64,000 bases of DNA from Phyllobates terribilis (taxonomy: Eukaryota): NCBI RefSeq assembly GCF_046119375.1, contig NW_027362765.1, positions 180,544,001-180,608,000 of the forward strand, given 5' to 3'. This document shows positions 60,323-64,000 of this stretch, piece by piece. The position numbers and the translations under genes are program-made. Position 1 is the stretch's first letter; every line of letters begins with the position of its first letter. Below the pieces are notes generated by a model that saw only the letters and a list, made by a program, of their open reading frames with translations, had not been told where the DNA came from and did not search any database.

Positions 60323-63027
60323 TTTTTTTTTTTTAATTCGTTTATTAACAAACAGACATTACCGGATGTATATTCAACCAATACATGTTATAAGTTTAAC
60401 ACCTTAACAAAGCAAAGAATTCACATGGATGAGTTATTTGCACATATTTCAACTACACAAATCTATATTATATGCAAGGCTCATAAAGCAGAAAAATTAT
60501 TATTTCAAGTTTATGTAGGTTTGGCTAGTTATGAACCAGAATGATATATATAACATGTCTAACATAACAATTGCATTCTAAAACTAAAACTATTTTGTTG
60601 CCAAGAACAATCCTATATAGGTAACTCAAGAATAATTAAAGTTGCTTTATTTATGGCGTTATAAAAAAGTGAGTATGAGTCATTGTATCTTTTCCTTCAG
60701 TCATCATAGTAGCTCTAAATCATTTTCTGCATGTCGAGATAGTAAGATGGGATGAGTTCCATAAGTCCCAGATCTTATTAAATTTCTCCAGACTGCCTCT
60801 ATTTTGATATACTGTACGCTCGTAAGGTATAAGTGAGTTGACCAGTTCAATCCAGGATCTAAGGGATGGATGGAGATTGCCCATTTAACGTAGAGCTAAT
60901 AATTTCCTGGCTAAGAAAAGAGTCTCCCGCAAGAAAGTTTTTATGTGATGTCCCCACAATTCCTCCTCCAACACACCAAATAAGCACACTAATGGGTCAA
61001 GGGGGACTGGAGTAGATATTAGGGAAGATAACAGTGAGGTCACCTCATTCCAGAAGGATAAAATAGCTGGACACCCCCACATCATATGTATAAAATCCGC
61101 TTTAAGCGTATGACGCCTTAAACACTCTGAAGTCCGAGACCGTCTAATTCTACATAGTCTTAATGGGGTCAAATATGATTGGTGTATTATGTACAATTGG
61201 ATCATCTTGTTATTAGCGGAGGGGGATACCTTGGTTGAGAACTTCAAAAAACCTCCTCCCAGTCCTCTTCCTGAATGTTAGGAATGAGAAATTTCCATTT
61301 TCTTTTACCATCAAAGGAGTAGATTCAACACCTAGCGATAACATGTATGTATATAGAGTAGATATTGTAGCGTCGGCGTCCCTGCCCTCTGCTAGGCAGG
61401 GACGCTGTTCCCCTCACCTCTCCGCTCCGAGCCCGGCGTCCTCCTCCCGCTCTGCTGGCAGCGCGCGCTCCTTCCCGGCCACGGTGCTTAGGGCGCGCGC
61501 GCTCTCCCTCCCTCTTAAAGGGGCCGCGCGCGCCGTCCTAAGGAGTCCCCGGCCAATGGCCGGAGGACTTCACCATATATAAGGCACCTCCTCCAAAATG
61601 GAGGTGCCCGAGCAATGTTGTTGCACTGTTCACTACTCTGCTTCAGCCCTCAGGTCCCGTTTCCAGTTACCTGCCAGTTACCTGCCAGTTTCCTGCCAGA
61701 TTGCTGTCTGATTCCTGCCTGTTATCCGCTTACCTGCTCGCTAGCCTGAGGTCCGACGGTCTGCCTTCCGACACCTGTCAGTCTGTCTATGGACCAGCTT
61801 GCCCGCTCACCTGGGAGCGCCCACCTGCTACCCGCCTGCTAGCCTACCTGGAGGTTCCGCCGTCACGTGCTGTGACCACCTGCCAGTCCAGAGACTCTCG
61901 CCTGCTCACCTGGGAGCACACATTTGCCATCTGCCTGCTAGCCTACCTGGAGGCTCAGCCGTCACAGGTCGTACCTACCCTTTACCCAGAGACTGTCCCG
62001 GTCACTTGCCGTGACCTTCTGCCCGTTCACCCAGAGACTGCCCCGGTCACTTGCCGTGACCTCCTGCCCGTTCACCCAGAGACTGTCCCGGTCACTTGCC
62101 GTGACCTCCTGCCCGTTCACCCAGAGACTGCCCCGGTCACTTGCTGTGACCTCCTGCCCGTTTACCCAGAGACTGTCCCGGTCACCTGCTGTGACTACCT
62201 GCCTGTCTTCCCTGGTCGCCACCCGCTTCCTTACAAGGACCGCCCCCTTGTATAAGTTGCTCAGAGGTTCCGCCTCCCAGACCCGTTACAGATATAAGGC
62301 CTTGAGGGCCTTGTGATTTAAGGATCCCTATTAAAGGGAAGGACGATATTAATTTAGTTGTGCTCATGCTTTGCAAATAAGATTGAATTGCTGTTCTGAG
62401 CTGGAGGTATCAAAAAAATTGAGACCTAGGAATTCTATATTAAATTTGTATTTGTTCAAAGGACATTAGGACACTCAGATCATATAAATCCTTTAACAAA
62501 GAAATATTATGTGATATCCAAAACTGAGTGGATGGGTGATTTAATAATATGGAGAAATAAGTATTATACCATAGTGGCATTACAGCTATGATGCCATCAA
62601 AATGAACCACTTTTCTAGTCTGTCTCCAAACTGATCGTGCTAATCTATGGAGAGGTAGCAATCTAGGAATATTAGGTTTATCTGCTTCTAGGAAACCCAG
62701 TAGGCAGTCAACCTTTGCTGCATGGGCCAAATGCTCTCTGAGTTAGGCAGATAATTATTAGGCATCCATTTACTCATTACCTTAAGTTGTCCTGCCAAAT
62801 AATATATAAAGACGTCGGGCAATGCTGCTCCTCCCATTTGTTTAGATCTATGCAGAGTAGACAGTTTAAGCTTGGGTCTAGCTTTTCCCCATATAAAAGA
62901 AGAAACTAATGAATTAAGGTTTGAGAAAAAAGATTTAGGAATCAACACTGCACTATGTTGAAGAAAATAACTAAGTTTTGGAAGTAAAATAATTTTAATC
63001 AAGTTGATACGCTCAGAAACGGATAAC
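60323..63027 (-). mobile_element. L1/Tx1-like LINE 3' fragment split by a solo LTR
   Basis: RINLIKIILLPKLSY...FIWGK...GGAALPD and HMMWGCP Cys-rich C-terminus; AATAAA plus poly(A) at ~60323-60345. Confidence 0.85.
61366..62290 (+). mobile_element. Solo LTR (925 bp) with an internal 45-bp tandem repeat
   Basis: TG...CA, exact GATAT TSD (61361-65, 62291-95), TATATAA near 61576, about 5 x 45-bp units at 61983-62205. Confidence 0.88.
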
Positions 63028-64000
63028 TGTAATGGCCGCCGTCTCCTGAAGGGCCTGCCTCCTGCTTGAGCTCCCACGGATCCAGCCTGACCGGAGCCGC
63101 TCCACTGCACCTCCTCTGAAGCCAGGTGTCCACTAAAGCCCAGGGAGGTATAATATGGATAAAGTAAGTCCCTGTGTTTGATATTTGATCAGGATTCTGG
63201 GAGCTCAGTCCAAGCGCTGCCACTCGGATCCACTACATCGCCACGCGCCATGGTAATTTTTTTTATTTTCTTTATTTTGACATTTTTTTTAATTGTAAAT
63301 CTCCACCAGGTGATGAGCGATGAGGAAGTACACGATGGTGGAAACTGATACGCAACTCAGTTGCTGCAGCACTGGCTCCTTGCAGGTGGGCTATTTTCTT
63401 GAAGGTCCACTCCCCTATTTCTTCCAGGGGCGCCTTGTGCACTTTGTGGCTCATTCTTCAGCAGTTTCTTGGCTGCAAATAATTAAATAAGAAAAGAAAT
63501 TTACAGCATGAATTGAATGTTGTATTGACAAGACTAAACAATGCACTCTACATCCTGGTTTATGGTCAAATTGGTACTTTGATCAGGTCTGCACATTTTT
63601 GTTTTTGCAGCTCCCAATAATACAGTATACGATCTGATCCAGGTTTTGTATCCCTACAATAGGGCAGAGCTATGGCCCCCTATGAGACACAGCATATAGT
63701 AAAAAAGCAGGTCTCACCAATCTATTTATTTCATGGATAATTCACTTGGATGACAATATGCAATACTACATTTCACCTGTAGAGCTCTCTCCACTTCCTA
63801 GTATGTAAAGGAAAAAAAAAAGTTGTCATCGACCATATTAAAGAGGTTGTCCATCTTTAGGGCAATTTTTTTTTGTGTTTTGCTAAAAAAAAATAATTTT
63901 CGGAATTGGGTTTCATTAACAATTTTGCACGGTTTTCGTTTTATGACCTGTGTTGCACCATCTATTGCTGATTGCAGAATGCGTTAACTGAAAATCTGTC

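Noticed and set aside
63028-63237. 210-bp TG...CA segment at the 5' end of the L1 fragment as a solo LTR
   Set aside because: No target-site duplication (taac versus tcgc); cannot be supported.

Overview
Vertebrate genomic DNA, most likely an anuran amphibian (inferred from the hsp30 genes and repeat families; the species cannot be read from sequence). Host genes: the first nine coding exons of kat2a (GCN5) on the minus strand (ATG at 26541, exon 9 ends at 1281, later exons lie left of the window) and two intronless hsp30/HSPB9-like small heat-shock genes arranged head-to-head. The plus copy (40679-41281) is intact; the minus copy (30231-30898) has a frameshift after codon 37. The rest is dense with mobile DNA, including two nests. 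Nest 1, in kat2a intron 3, is a Penelope-like element (PLE) with an inverted 3' arm, interrupted by a Tc1 and by a DIRS element with intact terminal architecture (ITRs, ICR, AAA crossover core). Nest 2 is another PLE interrupted by an intact Ty3/Gypsy chromovirus (identical 422-bp LTRs, one 1355-aa ORF, self-priming signature), a Harbinger MITE and a Tc1. Also present: an L2 LINE, an L1-like fragment, two solo LTRs, many Kolobok/Harbinger/piggyBac/hAT-type non-autonomous elements, several minisatellites and hammerhead-ribozyme-like motifs in the PLE ends. I found no system I can call previously undescribed; the best leads are listed as findings.
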